Below the pieces are notes generated by a model. It was not told the origin of the DNA and did no database searches. It saw only the letters and a program-made list of their open reading frames with translations. This document shows, piece by piece, positions 12,119 to 23,373 of a stretch of DNA of 64,000 nucleotides. Origin of the DNA: an uncultured Acidobacteriota bacterium (GTDB lineage Bacteria; Acidobacteriota; UBA6911); the NCBI GenBank assembly GCA_963827655.1, contig CAWHCF010000049.1:288001-352000 (forward strand), in the 5' to 3' direction. Position 1 is the stretch's first letter; the number at the start of each line of letters is the position of its first letter. Made by a program: the position numbers and the translations under genes.

Positions 12119-12445
12119 ATGCTGAATGAAAAGATCAGGATCAGGCTCAAAGCGTACGATCACAGGGTGCTGGATCAGTCTACTTCGGAAATCGTCGAGA
12201 TCGCCAAGCGCACCGGATCCCGAGTCTCGGGGCCGATTCCTCTGCCCACGATAAAGAACAAATTCTGTGTTCTGCGTTCGCCGCATGTGGACAAGAAGTC
12301 ACGGGAACAGTTCGAGATTCGCACCCACAAACGACTGGTAGACATTCTCGAACCCACTCCGCAAACTGTAGACGCTTTGATGAAACTGGATCTTCCTGCG
12401 GCTATCGATGTCGAAATCAAGGCCTTCGGCACCGAGCACAAATGA
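12119..12445 (+). CDS. rpsJ: 30S ribosomal protein S10
   Basis: [23 protein letters not shown]. Confidence 0.98.
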   Translation: MLNEKIRIRLKAYDHRVLDQSTSEIVEIAKRTGSRVSGPIPLPTIKNKFCVLRSPHVDKKSREQFEIRTHKRLVDILEPTPQTVDALMKLDLPAAIDVEIKAFGTEHK

Positions 12446-12477
12446 AACCGTAGGCAGTGGGCAGTGGGGGAGAAACG

Positions 12478-13107
12478 ATGGTTGATGGCTTGATTGGGAT
12501 CAAGGTTGGGATGACTCAGGTGTTCGACGAGAACGGCGTGGTCATACCGGTCACCGTTATCAAGGCGGGTCCCTGCGTCGTGGTTCAGAAGAAGCTCAAA
12601 GAGACCGATGGCTACGATGCGGTGCAACTGGGCCTGGTCGAGTTTGTTCGTCCTAGCCGGATCAAGAAGCCGCGAGCCGGCCACTTCAAGAAGGCCGGCG
12701 TGCCTCCCGTTCGCCTGTTGCGGGAATTCAGCTTTGAAGATGCTCCAGAGCCGGTGAAGGTTGGAGACCAGGTGCTGGTCAATCAGGTTTTCCGAGCCGA
12801 AGACCGCGTCGACGTCGTCGGGACCAGCAAGGGGCGCGGATTTGCCGGGGTGGTCAAGCGCCACCACTTCCGCGGCGGGGCGGCTACCCATGGCTCCATG
12901 TTTCATCGAGCCCCTGGCTCGATCGGGGCGTCGGCTTTTCCCAGTCGCGTGCTTCCCGGGATGCGGGCGGCGGGGCATATGGGGAATGAGCGCGTGACGG
13001 TCCAGAACCTCAAGATTGTGCGTGTCCTGGACCAGGATAATCTCCTGCTTGTCACCGGAGCGGTTCCGGGGCGCAACGGCGGCTACGTAATTGTGAAGAA
13101 GGCCTGA
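12478..13107 (+). CDS. rplC: 50S ribosomal protein L3
   Basis: [16 protein letters not shown]; operon order. Confidence 0.97.
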   Translation: MVDGLIGIKVGMTQVFDENGVVIPVTVIKAGPCVVVQKKLKETDGYDAVQLGLVEFVRPSRIKKPRAGHFKKAGVPPVRLLREFSFEDAPEPVKVGDQVLVNQVFRAEDRVDVVGTSKGRGFAGVVKRHHFRGGAATHGSMFHRAPGSIGASAFPSRVLPGMRAAGHMGNERVTVQNLKIVRVLDQDNLLLVTGAVPGRNGGYVIVKKA

Positions 13108-13109
13108 TC

Positions 13110-13172
13110 GATTGCAGATTGCGGATTGCGGATTGAAAAAACCACGATCTCACTCTCGCAATCGGCAATCCG
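13110..13172. repeat. Heptamer inverted array, GATTGCG variant
   Basis: GATTGCA GATTGCG GATTGCG GATTGAA...CGCAATC GGCAATC directly after the rplC stop. Confidence 0.8.
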
Positions 13173-13193
13173 AGATCGATTCGGGTATACGAA

Positions 13194-13820
13194 ATGGCTG
13201 AAGTTGAAGTAAAAAATCTGGGCAATGAAGTGGTCGGGAAATTGGAGCTCTCGGACGAAGTCTTCGCGGCCGTGCTTAACCTTCCCCTGATTTGGGAAGC
13301 GGTAAAGCACTACGAAGACTCAAAACGAAGTGGCACGGCGGCGACCAAAACCCGGGGTGTCGTCAGCGGCAGCGGGAAAAAGCTCTGGCGCCAGAAGGGG
13401 ACCGGCCGCGCCCGAATTGGAAGTATCCGAAGCCCACTGTGGCGTCATGGCGGGACGGTGCACGGTCCGCAGCCTCGCGACTATTCCTATCGCTTCCCTA
13501 GAAAGAAACTTCGAGGGGCGCTCTGCTCTGCGCTTTCGGCCAAGCTGGGGGAAAACTCCCTTACGGTCGTCGATGGCTTCACGCTCGAGAGTCATAAGAC
13601 GAAGGACTTTCTGAAGGTACTGCGTAATCTGGGCGGGACCGGCAAAATCCTGATCGTTGATTCTGACGACAATCGCAACCTCAGGCTGGGTTCCCGCAAT
13701 CTGCCTGACGTCAAGGTGGTCCTTGCCGCGGCGGTCAATATCCACGACGTAGTGAATCACCAGCTCCTGCTGTTTTCCAGGGGCTCGATTCTGAAGGTGC
13801 AGGAGGCGCTGACCCGATGA
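13194..13820 (+). CDS. rplD: 50S ribosomal protein L4
   Basis: WRQKGTGRARIGS. Confidence 0.97.
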   Translation: MAEVEVKNLGNEVVGKLELSDEVFAAVLNLPLIWEAVKHYEDSKRSGTAATKTRGVVSGSGKKLWRQKGTGRARIGSIRSPLWRHGGTVHGPQPRDYSYRFPRKKLRGALCSALSAKLGENSLTVVDGFTLESHKTKDFLKVLRNLGGTGKILIVDSDDNRNLRLGSRNLPDVKVVLAAAVNIHDVVNHQLLLFSRGSILKVQEALTR

Positions 13821-14110
13821 GCCGAGCGCACGAGGTCTTGAAGGCACCCGTGATCACCGAGAAGAGCACCTTCGTGAAGGACAAGCTTCACACGCTGACT
13901 TTTCGCGTGGCACGCGATGCCACCAAGCTGGAAATAAAAGACGCGGTGGAGCGTATTTTCAAGGTCAAGGTCGATAGTGTCAGGACGGCAACCTTCCACG
14001 GCAAGATCAGGCGGCAAGGCCGCTTCAAGGGCCGCAGGCCCGATTGGAAGAAGGCCTACGTCACCCTCGAGAAAGACCAGAAGATGATCGAGTTCTCGGA
14101 GGCGTTTTAA
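13817..14110 (+). CDS. rplW: 50S ribosomal protein L23
   Basis: PVITEKS, WKKAYVTL. Confidence 0.97.
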   Translation: MSRAHEVLKAPVITEKSTFVKDKLHTLTFRVARDATKLEIKDAVERIFKVKVDSVRTATFHGKIRRQGRFKGRRPDWKKAYVTLEKDQKMIEFSEAF

Positions 14111-14118
14111 CGATTGAA

Positions 14119-14145
14119 GAAATTTGGTGCCTGTCACCGAATTTC
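14119..14145. repeat. REP-like palindrome
   Basis: GAAATTTGGTG-CCTGT-CACCGAATTTC. Confidence 0.55.
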
Positions 14146-14165
14146 CTTACCAGGCTAACAGAGCT

Positions 14166-14993
14166 ATGGCTATAAAAACATACCGGCCGACAACGCCCGC
14201 ACTCCGGTTCCGGACCACGCTCGCCAGCGAGGGGCTGTCGGAGGAACGCCCGCTCAAGCGCCTCACGCGCCCCAAGCGAAGGATCTCCGGACGCAATAAC
14301 AAAGGGCATTTGACGGTAAGGCATCGCGGTGGCGGGCACAAGAAGCTATTTCGCTTGATCGACTTTCGCAGGGACAAGCGAAATATTCCGGCCAAGGTCA
14401 TTGCCCTCGAATATGATCCAAACCGGTCGGCTCGAATAGCTCTGCTGTCCTACGCCGACGGAGAGAAGCGGTATATCCTGGCCCCGGACGGTCTGGCCGT
14501 CGGGTCAACCGTTATCGCAGGCGAGGGGGCGGACATCCTGACAGGCAATGCCTTGCCCCTCAAGAATATTCCTCTCGGCACTATGATCCACAACGTGGAA
14601 CTCAAGCAGGGCAAGGGGGGCCAAATGGTTCGCGCCGCCGGGGGAGCCGCGCAGCTTCTGGCCAAAGAGAGTGGTTACGCCCAGATCAAGGCGCCTTCCG
14701 GAGAAACGCGGATGGTCCACCTCGAGTGTTACGCCACGATCGGTCAGGTTGGAAACCTCGATCACGAGAATATTTCGGTGGGGAAGGCAGGACGCTCCCG
14801 CTGGCTGGGAAAACGTCCCACGGTTCGGGGCGTGGCGATGAACCCGATCGACCATCCTCATGGAGGGGGCGAAGGAAAGACCTCCGGAGGGCGTCACCCG
14901 GTGAGCCCCTGGGGTTTGCCGACAAAAGGATTCAAGACCAGAAACAACAAACGCACTCAGCGCTTTATCATCAAGCGCCGCGGCAGGAAGTAG
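14166..14993 (+). CDS. rplB: 50S ribosomal protein L2
   Basis: [22 protein letters not shown]. Confidence 0.98.
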   Translation: MAIKTYRPTTPALRFRTTLASEGLSEERPLKRLTRPKRRISGRNNKGHLTVRHRGGGHKKLFRLIDFRRDKRNIPAKVIALEYDPNRSARIALLSYADGEKRYILAPDGLAVGSTVIAGEGADILTGNALPLKNIPLGTMIHNVELKQGKGGQMVRAAGGAAQLLAKESGYAQIKAPSGETRMVHLECYATIGQVGNLDHENISVGKAGRSRWLGKRPTVRGVAMNPIDHPHGGGEGKTSGGRHPVSPWGLPTKGFKTRNNKRTQRFIIKRRGRK

Positions 14994-15005
14994 GAGGACT
15001 GTTCG

Positions 15006-15305
15006 ATGGCGAGGTCGGTCAAAAAAGGCCCATTTATCGATGAGCACCTCCTGAAGAAAGTGCGGGGTGTGGGCAGCAGCGGCAGCCGGACCGTGATCAA
15101 GACCTGGTCCCGGCGCTCAACCATCACGCCGGAAATGGTGGGCCACACTATCGCGGTGCACAATGGGAAGAAGTTCATTCCCATTTACATCTCTGAGAAC
15201 ATGGTCAGCCACAAGCTCGGCGAGTTTGCTCCCACGCGAATTTTCAAGGGGCATACCACGAGGGTAGCGGAGAGAGCGACGGCAGTTAAACCGCCGCCCG
15301 CTTAA
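15006..15305 (+). CDS. rpsS: 30S ribosomal protein S19
   Basis: [18 protein letters not shown]. Confidence 0.97.
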   Translation: MARSVKKGPFIDEHLLKKVRGVGSSGSRTVIKTWSRRSTITPEMVGHTIAVHNGKKFIPIYISENMVSHKLGEFAPTRIFKGHTTRVAERATAVKPPPA

Positions 15306-15306
15306 C

Positions 15307-15370
15307 GATTGACGATTTACGATTGACGATTGACGATTGAAAAACCAAGATGATCGTCAATCGTCAATCG
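15307..15370. repeat. Heptamer inverted array (GATTGAC)n
   Basis: Five GATT(G/T)AC-type units after the rpsS stop; ATCGTCAATCGTCAATCG before rplV. Confidence 0.9.
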
Positions 15371-15380
15371 AGTGAGCTAT

Positions 15381-15728
15381 ATGGAATCAATAGCGAAGGG
15401 ACGGTTCATTCGAGGATCGCCGCAGAAGGCTCGACTGGTGATCGACCTTATTCGCGGGAAGAACGTGCAAGAAGCGCTTGGGATCCTGCGCTTCACGAAG
15501 AAGAGGGCTACCCGCTCGATCGAGAAAGTGCTGCTTTCGGCCGTGGCTAATGCGCACGAGAAGTTTGCCGGGGCTGACATCGACCGGTTCGTTGTGGAGC
15601 GCGCCGTTGTGGACACGGGGCCGACGAAGTGGCGTCGCAGAGTGCGTCCGGCGCCCATGGGTCGCGCGTACCGGGAACAGCGAAGGTACAAGCACATTAC
15701 GATTCGGATAAAAGGCGAAGAGGAATAG
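15381..15728 (+). CDS. rplV: 50S ribosomal protein L22
   Basis: [22 protein letters not shown]. Confidence 0.96.
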   Translation: MESIAKGRFIRGSPQKARLVIDLIRGKNVQEALGILRFTKKRATRSIEKVLLSAVANAHEKFAGADIDRFVVERAVVDTGPTKWRRRVRPAPMGRAYREQRRYKHITIRIKGEEE

Positions 15729-15741
15729 AGGAGGTCTCAGC

Positions 15742-16392
15742 GTGGGTCAGAAAGTTCACCCGTACGGTTTCAGGCTGGGGATTAACCGAACCTGGCGCTC
15801 GCGCTGGTTTGCGCGGAAGGACTACGGCGCCCTGCTCCACGAGGATCTCAACCTGAAGGTAATGCTCAAGAAGAAGTTCGCTCATGCGGGAATTTCCCGG
15901 GTCGAAGTCGAGCGCGCAGCTAACAAACTGACGATCATTGTCTTCACCTCCCGCCCCGGCATCATCGTGGGGAAGAAGGGGACGGAGATTGAAAAGCTTA
16001 AGAAGGACCTGCAGACACTCACGGGGCGGGACATCAATCTAAAAATCCAGGAAGTGAACAAACCGGAATTGGATGCCCAACTGGTGTCTGAGGGAATTGC
16101 CCAGCAGCTCGAAAAGCGCATCGCTTTCCGGCGAGCCATGCGGCGCGCGGTAGACAGCACGCTGCGTTTCGGGGCCAAGGGCATCAAGGTCAGGACTGCG
16201 GGCCGCCTGAATGGCGCCGAAATCGCCCGATCCGAGTGGTACCTTCACGGTCAGCTCCCGTTGCACACGCTGCGGGCTGACATCGATTACGGCTTCGCCC
16301 AGGCCTTTACGACTTACGGCGTTATCGGTGTCAAGGTCTGGATCTATAAGGGCGAGGTTTTCGAGATGCAGAAGATGGAGCGTCCGCGTTAG
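15742..16392 (+). CDS. rpsC: 30S ribosomal protein S3
   Basis: [22 protein letters not shown]. Confidence 0.98.
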   Translation: MGQKVHPYGFRLGINRTWRSRWFARKDYGALLHEDLNLKVMLKKKFAHAGISRVEVERAANKLTIIVFTSRPGIIVGKKGTEIEKLKKDLQTLTGRDINLKIQEVNKPELDAQLVSEGIAQQLEKRIAFRRAMRRAVDSTLRFGAKGIKVRTAGRLNGAEIARSEWYLHGQLPLHTLRADIDYGFAQAFTTYGVIGVKVWIYKGEVFEMQKMERPR

Positions 16393-16414
16393 CTGAGGCC
16401 AGGAGTCATCGTTC

Positions 16415-16837
16415 ATGTTGATGCCCAAGAAAGTCAAATACCGAAAGCAGCAGAAGGGACGCCGGCGTGGAAAGGCCTGGCGAGGCTCTGACGTCACTTT
16501 CGGCGATTACGGTCTCAAGGCCCTGGAACCGGGTTGGGTCACGGACCGGCAGATTGAGGCTGGACGCGTGGCGATTACCCGGTTCATAAAGCGCGGCGGG
16601 AAGATATGGATCAGGATTTTCCCTGATAAACCGATTACCAAGAAACCGGCTGAAACCCGTATGGGCAAGGGGAAGGGAGCTCCGGAAGGCTGGGTCGCGG
16701 TTGTGCGGCCTGGCAAGATCATCTACGAAATGGAAGGCGTAACCGAGCAGGTGGCCCAGGAAGCGATGCGGCTGGCCGCTAACAAACTATCCGTGAAAGC
16801 CAAGTTTGTGGCCCGGTTCGGTAAGGAGAGCGCGTGA
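16415..16837 (+). CDS. rplP: 50S ribosomal protein L16
   Basis: ETRMGKGKG. Confidence 0.98.
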   Translation: MLMPKKVKYRKQQKGRRRGKAWRGSDVTFGDYGLKALEPGWVTDRQIEAGRVAITRFIKRGGKIWIRIFPDKPITKKPAETRMGKGKGAPEGWVAVVRPGKIIYEMEGVTEQVAQEAMRLAANKLSVKAKFVARFGKESA

Positions 16838-17034
16838 AAGCCTCCAAACTGCGAGATCTGTCGAAGGAGGACCTGACCCAAGAGGAGTCAGAACTTCGGG
16901 AGCAGCTTTTCAAGCTTCGTTTCCAGGCGGCGACGGGTCAAGTGGAGAGCGCCGGCCGCATGCGGGGCGTTCGCCGGGATATCGCTCGAATTCTGACGAT
17001 CTTGAGAGAAAGAGAAGTCAATCGTCAATCGTAA
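16834..17034 (+). CDS. rpmC: 50S ribosomal protein L29
   Basis: LFKLRFQ...RRDIARILT; the last codons (VNRQS*) come from the heptamer repeat. Confidence 0.95.
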   Translation: MKASKLRDLSKEDLTQEESELREQLFKLRFQAATGQVESAGRMRGVRRDIARILTILREREVNRQS

Positions 17035-17066
17035 ATCGTCAATCGAGATCGGCTGTGGGGTACTTG

Positions 17067-17336
17067 ATGAGCGAGGAGCAGGTTAAAAGGGGAGTTCGTA
17101 AGAGTCAGGTAGGGGTGGTCACCAGTAGTGCCATGCAGAAGACGGTTACGGTGGCGGTTGACAGGCTTGTTAAGCATCCCCTGTACAAGAAGACCTTGCG
17201 GAGAACATCCAGGTTTCTGGCGCATGATGAGAATAATTCGTGCCAGGTCGGCGACCGCGTGAGGATCATCGAGACGCGGCCGCTAAGCGCCAGGAAGCGG
17301 TGGCGGGTTGCCGAGGTCCTGGTGAAAACCAAATGA
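17067..17336 (+). CDS. rpsQ: 30S ribosomal protein S17
   Basis: [18 protein letters not shown]. Confidence 0.96.
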   Translation: MSEEQVKRGVRKSQVGVVTSSAMQKTVTVAVDRLVKHPLYKKTLRRTSRFLAHDENNSCQVGDRVRIIETRPLSARKRWRVAEVLVKTK

Positions 17337-17338
17337 AC

Positions 17339-17458
17339 GATTGACGATTGACGATTGACGATTGACAGATTGAGAATCTCGACAGGAAGGATTGGATCTC
17401 GAAGAGAAGGATTCACAATGTTTTAAATCGTCAATCGTCAATCGTCAATCGTCAATCG
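17339..17458. repeat. Heptamer inverted array (GATTGAC)n...(GTCAATC)n
   Basis: Both arms of 4-5 units, between rpsQ and rplN. Confidence 0.9.
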
Positions 17459-17471
17459 GGCGAGGGTTGTT

Positions 17472-17840
17472 ATGATTCAGATGAGAACCATACTCGACGT
17501 GGCGGACAACTCGGGCGCCCGGAGAATCTCGTGCATCTTGCCATTGGGAAACCAGGTGGGACTCATAGCGCGTCTTGGCGATATCATCACCGCTAACGTG
17601 AAAGAGGCGTCTCCGGACGGGACTGTCAAGAAGGGAGATGTGGTAAAGGCTGTAGTGGTACGGACTCGAAAGGAGTACCGCCGAAAAGACGGCACCTACA
17701 TTCGCTTCGACGATAACGCGGCCGTCTTGATCAACGATCAAAAGGAACCTATTGGGACTCGAGTCTTCGGACCGGTGAGCCGCGAGCTTCGCGAAAAGGA
17801 GTTTTTGAAGATCGTGTCCCTGGCTCCTGAAGTCTTGTAG
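17472..17840 (+). CDS. rplN: 50S ribosomal protein L14
   Basis: [22 protein letters not shown]. Confidence 0.98.
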   Translation: MIQMRTILDVADNSGARRISCILPLGNQVGLIARLGDIITANVKEASPDGTVKKGDVVKAVVVRTRKEYRRKDGTYIRFDDNAAVLINDQKEPIGTRVFGPVSRELREKEFLKIVSLAPEVL

Positions 17841-17861
17841 TTGCAGCGAGGACTGGAACGG

Positions 17862-18188
17862 ATGCCCAAAATCCATGTTAAGAAAAACGACCAGGTATTC
17901 ATTCTTGCCGGCAAGGAGCGCGGCAAGATCGGAAAGGTCTTGAGGGTTTTCCGCGACAAAGACCGTGCCATCGTCGAGGGGTTGAATTTCATTCAGAAGC
18001 ACACGCGGGCCAATCCGCAGCGAAATGTAAAGGGGGGAATCCTGCCGAAGGAATCCTCGATTCATCTGTCCAATCTGATGGTCGTCTGTAAGCGCTGCAA
18101 TAAACGCACGCGCATTGCTCATACAACAATACAGGACGGTCGCAAAGTTCGAGTCTGCAAGAACTGCGATGAACTCTTGGATGAATAG
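17862..18188 (+). CDS. rplX: 50S ribosomal protein L24
   Basis: KOW motif, IHLSNL; two CxxC pairs in the C-terminus. Confidence 0.95.
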   Translation: MPKIHVKKNDQVFILAGKERGKIGKVLRVFRDKDRAIVEGLNFIQKHTRANPQRNVKGGILPKESSIHLSNLMVVCKRCNKRTRIAHTTIQDGRKVRVCKNCDELLDE

Positions 18189-18197
18189 GCGTGCGGC

Positions 18198-18746
18198 ATG
18201 AGTAGATTAAGGGAATTTTACAAGACGGATGCTTTACCCGCGCTCATGAAGCAATTCGGGTACAAGAACGTGATGGCGGTGCCGAGGATGGTGAAGGTCA
18301 ACGTCAATATGGGGTTGGGCGAGGCTATAGCCAATGCCAAAGTGCTTGACGTCGCCGCTGAAGAGCTGTCGGTTATCACCGGGCAGCGCCCGATCGTCAC
18401 TAAGGCCAAGAAGTCAATTGCGGCGTTCAAACTCCGGCAGGGAATGCCGATTGGCGTGACCGTCACGTTGCGTGGCGACCGTATGTATGAGTTCATGGAT
18501 CGTCTGGTAAACATAGCCCTTCCGCGGGTCCGCGATTTCCGTGGCGTCTCCCTTCGCTCGTTCGATGGGCGCGGGAACTACACTCTGGGGCTTCGGGATC
18601 AGCTTATCTTTCCCGAGATCGATTTCGGCAAAGCCGACAAGGCGCGCGGAATGAACATCACGGTCGTGACCACGGCTAAGTCGGATGACGAGGCGTATGA
18701 ACTCTTAAAGCTTCTGGGGATGCCTTTCGCGAAAAAAGGACAATAG
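18198..18746 (+). CDS. rplE: 50S ribosomal protein L5
   Basis: [16 protein letters not shown]. Confidence 0.98.
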   Translation: MSRLREFYKTDALPALMKQFGYKNVMAVPRMVKVNVNMGLGEAIANAKVLDVAAEELSVITGQRPIVTKAKKSIAAFKLRQGMPIGVTVTLRGDRMYEFMDRLVNIALPRVRDFRGVSLRSFDGRGNYTLGLRDQLIFPEIDFGKADKARGMNITVVTTAKSDDEAYELLKLLGMPFAKKGQ

Positions 18747-18822
18747 GATTGACGATTGACGATTGACGATTGAGGATTGTCTCGAGATAATCGTCAATCG
18801 TCAATCGTACAATCGTCAATCG
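18747..18822. repeat. Heptamer inverted array (GATTGAC)n...(GTCAATC)n
   Basis: Starts immediately after the rplE TAG and ends before the rpsN start. Confidence 0.9.
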
Positions 18823-18835
18823 AAATGGGGTGTTC

Positions 18836-19021
18836 GTGGCAAAGACAAGCATGATCGCAAAAGCGAAGCGCGAGCCGAAGTTTGCTTCGCGCCGCTATAA
18901 CCGCTGCCAGCGCTGTGGCCGTCCTCGAGGATACTATAGGAAGTTCCAGCTCTGCCGGATATGCTTCCGCAATCTGGCCTTGAGTGGCGAAATCCCGGGA
19001 GTGACCAAGTCGAGTTGGTAG
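18836..19021 (+). CDS. rpsN: 30S ribosomal protein S14, Zn-binding type Z
   Basis: 61 aa, CQRC...CRIC. Confidence 0.96.
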   Translation: MAKTSMIAKAKREPKFASRRYNRCQRCGRPRGYYRKFQLCRICFRNLALSGEIPGVTKSSW

Positions 19022-19120
19022 TTGGCAGAGGCCAATGATCAGAGGGGAAAAGATCGTCGGAGGGTTGCGGCCCACCCGGTCACCGACCACTGAGAAACTG
19101 AAAAACAGGATGGATGAACA

Positions 19121-19513
19121 ATGACTGATCCCGTTTCCGATCTCTTGACGCGCATACGCAATGCCCTGGTGGCAAAGCACGAGACGGTGGAGATTCCGTC
19201 TTCGAAAATGAAACTCGAGATGGTCAGGATTCTCAAAGAGGAAGGTTTTGTCGCCAATTACACCCAGGCGAGAGACGACAAGCAGGGCATCATTCAGGTC
19301 ACCCTGAGTTACGCCTCCGGCAAGCGGCCCGTAATAAGCTCGATCACGCGCGTGAGCCGCCCCGGTTGCCGCGTTTACGCGCGCAAGTCCGAGATTCCCG
19401 CAGTGCTTGGGGGCATGGGAATCTGCATCCTCTCCACCTCTCAGGGGCTTCTGACCGGGAAGCAGGCTCAGGAAAAGGGTCTGGGCGGGGAAGTGCTCTG
19501 CGCGGTCAGCTAA
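19121..19513 (+). CDS. rpsH: 30S ribosomal protein S8
   Basis: DPVSDLLTRIRNA, SRPGCRVY. Confidence 0.97.
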   Translation: MTDPVSDLLTRIRNALVAKHETVEIPSSKMKLEMVRILKEEGFVANYTQARDDKQGIIQVTLSYASGKRPVISSITRVSRPGCRVYARKSEIPAVLGGMGICILSTSQGLLTGKQAQEKGLGGEVLCAVS

Positions 19514-19522
19514 AGAGGCGTT

Positions 19523-20084
19523 ATGTCACGGATTGGCAAGAAGCCGATAAAGGTTCCGGCTGGCGTGAAAGTTGAAATACGAGACCGGCTTGGTCGAAGT
19601 CGAAGGAAAGAAGGCCAAACTCTCCAGCCCGATACCTGATGGCATCCGGTTTGAGCTGAAGGGGGACGAGCTGATCGCTTATCGCGACTCGGACGAAAAG
19701 CCCTTTCCCGGTTATCATGGACTGGCGCGTGCCCTGGCCGCCAATAATATCCTGGGGGTCACCCAGGGGTTTACCAAGGAGCTCGATTTGGTGGGTATCG
19801 GGTACAAGGCCGACGCTAAAGCGAAGTCGGTAACCATGAGCCTCGGGTACTCTCATCCGATCGAGTTCCCTATACCCGAGGGCATCTCGGTGAAGGTGGA
19901 CAAGCAGACCAAGACCATCCAGAACTACGTGGTAACTCTGACGATATCAGGAGCCGACAAGCAGCTCGTCGGACAGGTGGCCGCCGACATCCGGGCCTTG
20001 CGCCCGCCGGATTCTTACAAGGGAAAAGGAGTTCGCTACGTCAACGAGGTTGTGCGGCTGAAAGTGGGGAAGAAGGGGGCCTGA
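19523..20084 (+). CDS. rplF: 50S ribosomal protein L6 (apparent +1 indel near 19572)
   Basis: MSRIGKKPI start; [13 protein letters not shown] in the shifted frame. Confidence 0.95.
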
Positions 20085-20452
20085 TGATTACTCCGCTCGA
20101 TCGCGCGCGGGAGCGCTCCAGGATTCACCGACGAATTCGCCGAAAGGTACTTGGAGACTCCGGGAGGCCTCGCCTCTGCGTCTACCGAAGCCTGAACCAC
20201 ATTTACGCTCAGGTTGTCGATGACTTCGAGAGGAAGACTCTTGTCTCTGCTTCCACGCTGGACAAAGAGATACGCTCCAGCCTGCCACATGCGGGCAATG
20301 TTGCGGCCGCCAAGGCGGTCGGGAAAATGGTTGCACAGCGGGCCATAGCCAGAGGGATTGAATCGGTGGTCTTTGATCGCGGGGGATATCTCTATCACGG
20401 GCGGGTTAAGGCTCTGGCCGAGGCCGCTCGTGAGGGTGGACTCAAGTTCTAA
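20084..20452 (+). CDS. rplR: 50S ribosomal protein L18
   Basis: [12 protein letters not shown]. Confidence 0.97.
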   Translation: MITPLDRARERSRIHRRIRRKVLGDSGRPRLCVYRSLNHIYAQVVDDFERKTLVSASTLDKEIRSSLPHAGNVAAAKAVGKMVAQRAIARGIESVVFDRGGYLYHGRVKALAEAAREGGLKF

Positions 20453-20519
20453 CAGAGATGACGGCGGACACGTAACGGCTGCCGGGCCGGAGACATTGTC
20501 AGCTGTTACAGGGGGAGGC

Positions 20520-21026
20520 TTGGACAGAGGCTTGGACAGAATTGACGCAAGCGGTATGGAACTGAAAGATCAGGTCGTCTCCATAAACCGCGTCACCAAG
20601 GTCGTAAAAGGGGGAAAGAACCTGAGCTTCAGCGCTCTCGTTGTCGTCGGCGATCAGAACGGCCTGGTTGGTTATGGCATGGGAAAAGCGAAAGAAGTTC
20701 CCCAGGCGATTCGGAAAGGCGTCGAGCAGGCCCGGAAAAACCTGATCAGGGTCCCGCTCAAAGGACGGACCATTCCCCACGCCATAGTCGGGCGCTTCGG
20801 CGCCGGAAGAGTCATGCTTAAGCCGGCTTCGGAGGGGACGGGAGTCATCGCCGGAGGGCCCGTCCGGGCCGTGGTTCAGTCCGCCGGCATTTCCAATATT
20901 CTGACCAAGTCTTTGGGGAGTACCAATCCGCACAACGTTGTAAAGGCTACTTTCGACGGGTTGAGGAGATTGCAGGAACCTACGTCGGTCGCCAGGCTGC
21001 GCGGGAAGTCGGTCGAGTCGCTTTAG
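20520..21026 (+). CDS. rpsE: 30S ribosomal protein S5
   Basis: [17 protein letters not shown]; GGAGG RBS before TTG. Confidence 0.97.
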   Translation: MDRGLDRIDASGMELKDQVVSINRVTKVVKGGKNLSFSALVVVGDQNGLVGYGMGKAKEVPQAIRKGVEQARKNLIRVPLKGRTIPHAIVGRFGAGRVMLKPASEGTGVIAGGPVRAVVQSAGISNILTKSLGSTNPHNVVKATFDGLRRLQEPTSVARLRGKSVESL

Positions 21027-21111
21027 GGGGAAACAACCCCGCGCTGGCCGCTGAGGCAATCGGGTAGGAAACGTCGCATTTGTTAGGGGAGTGGGGGCCG
21101 TCCCAGGAAAA

Positions 21112-21330
21112 ATGATGGCAGCGAAAACAAAAACCACCGAGGGCGCGAACGCCGGTATCCGGATCAAATACTACCGGAGTGCCATCGCGACGCCTCGGAA
21201 GCATAAGCTGATTGTCAAAAGTCTCGGTTTCAAGCGGCTCAACCAGGTCGTGACGCGTGTTGACACGCCCGCGATCCGCGGTATGGTAGCCCGGATCCCG
21301 CATTTGGTAACCATCCTCGGGTCTGATTAG
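21112..21330 (+). CDS. rpmD: 50S ribosomal protein L30
   Basis: RSAI...DTPAIRGMV; lies between rpsE and rplO. Confidence 0.93.
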   Translation: MMAAKTKTTEGANAGIRIKYYRSAIATPRKHKLIVKSLGFKRLNQVVTRVDTPAIRGMVARIPHLVTILGSD

Positions 21331-21339
21331 GTGAAGGCT

Positions 21340-21792
21340 ATGGCACTTACGCTTAACACGCTGGCGCCTGCCAAAGGGGCCAATCGCAAGAACAAGAGGG
21401 TCGGTCGCGGGATCGGGAGCGGACATGGCAAGACGTCTACCCGGGGTTACAAGGGGCAGAAGTCTCGATCAGGATCGTCGATTCGTCCCGGCTTTGAAGG
21501 GGGACAGATGCCCTTGCATCGCCGCTTGCCAAAGCGCGGGTTCAACAATGTCTTCCGCAAGGAATACACCATAGTCAATCTTGACACTCTTTCGCAGTTC
21601 GAGCCTGGAGCTAGCGTGGCGCCTGAGACGCTTCTGGAGAAGGGGATCGTCAAGAAGCTGAGAGATGGGATCAAGATCCTGGGAAACGGTGAATTGAAGC
21701 ATGCAGTCAATGTTCGCGCCCACAAGTTCAGCAAGGGCGCAGCCGAGAAGATTCAAAGCGCGGGAGGCACAATCGAAGTCATAGTCGCATAA
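21340..21792 (+). CDS. rplO: 50S ribosomal protein L15
   Basis: [18 protein letters not shown]. Confidence 0.97.
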   Translation: MALTLNTLAPAKGANRKNKRVGRGIGSGHGKTSTRGYKGQKSRSGSSIRPGFEGGQMPLHRRLPKRGFNNVFRKEYTIVNLDTLSQFEPGASVAPETLLEKGIVKKLRDGIKILGNGELKHAVNVRAHKFSKGAAEKIQSAGGTIEVIVA

Positions 21793-21818
21793 TTCGATTG
21801 TCCCTGTTCGGTAAAACG

Positions 21819-23235
21819 ATGCCAGAAGAACGAAGTCCTATCCTAAGCTCCCTCAAGAATATCTTTAGCATCCCGGACCTGAGGAATCGGGTTCTTTTCA
21901 TGCTGGGGCTCCTGGCCGTATATCGCGTGGGCGCCTTTATCCCGACGCCTGGAATCAATCATGCGGCGCTGGAGCAGCTTTTCCAAAGCCAGGCGGGAAC
22001 CATCTTCAGCTTTCTGGATATTTTCTCGGGCGGAAACCTCCGGAGGTTCAGCATTTTTGCTCTGGGGATCATGCCCTACATCACGGCCTCGATCATCCTG
22101 CAGCTTGCCACCGTGGTGGTTCCTTATCTGGAGAAGCTTTCCAAGGAAGGAGAACTGGGCCGCAAGAAGATAACCCAATATACCCGGTACTTGACGGTCG
22201 TGTTAACGATGTTTCAGGCTTTCATGACCGCCATCACGCTGGAACGGTCCTCCGGCGCCGACGGGTCCACAGATTGTCGAGGATCCCGGGTGGGCCTTCC
22301 GCTTCATGGTGATGATTACCCTCACGACCGGGACCGCATTCATCATGTGGATCGGTGAGCAGATCACCGAGCGTGGAATCGGCAATGGAATAAGCCTGAT
22401 CATATTTGCGGGTATCGTGTCGGGGTTGCCCGGGGCGATATATGAAATCTACGTGAACGTCCAGCAGCGCACCTGGTCGATTTTTACTGTGGCGATTCTA
22501 GTCGTAGGGATGGTGGCCACGGTGGCCGCCATCGTGTTCGTCGAACGCGGGCAAAGGAAAATCCCGGTGCAGTACGCCAAGCGCGTTGTCGGACGACGCG
22601 TTTACGGCGGGCAGGCGACCCATCTTCCGCTCCGGGTCAACTCCGGCGGCGTCATTCCAGTCATATTCGCCGCCTCCATCGTGTCTATTCCCTCGACCCT
22701 GGGGGTGGTTTTTCCGAACACGTTCATGAAGGGCCTGTCGGGACAGCTGGCTCAGGGGATGCCCCTGTATAACCTTCTGTATATTTCGGGCATCATGTTC
22801 TTCGCCTTCTTCTATGTGAGCATCATATTCAATCCGATGGAGGTGGCCGACAACATTCGAAAATACGGCGGCTACATCCCCGGGATTCGGCCGGGAAAAC
22901 GAACCGCCGAGCACATCGATCGCATCCTGAGCCGCCTCACGGCAGCCGGCGCAGTCTATCTGGTTCTGGTCTGCCTCTTGCCGGAGTTTCTAATCACAGG
23001 GTTCAAGATTCAGCCCATTCCGTTGATCGGGCCTCCAATCGACGATTTTTTAAACTCCGTGGGTATGTCCTGGATCACGACCGGTCTGGGCGTGACCTTT
23101 TACTTCGGCGGAACCTCGCTCCTCATCGTTGTGGGTGTAGCGATGGATACTGTCCAGCAAATTGAGTCGCAGCTGATCATGCGCCACTATGACGGCTTCC
23201 TGAAGAAGGGGAGAATTCGGGGACGCAGAGGATGA
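21819..23235 (+). CDS. secY: Preprotein translocase SecY (apparent indel near 22265)
   Basis: [27 protein letters not shown] and GGTSLLI across two frames. Confidence 0.96.
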
Positions 23236-23239
23236 TGTC

Positions 23240-23355
23240 GATTGCGGATTTTGGATTCGGGATTGAAGGTTAGGTTTAGGAAAATCATGCTGCACACCAG
23301 AACGATGCGACTCAAGAAATATCCGCCGTCCGCCATGCGTAATCTGCAGTCGATC
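23240..23355. repeat. Degenerate heptamer inverted array
   Basis: GATTGCG GATTTTG GATTCGG GATTGAA after the secY stop; degenerate ATCCGCC/ATCTGCA arm before adk. Confidence 0.6.
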
Positions 23356-23373
23356 AACGGCAGTATCGGTAGG

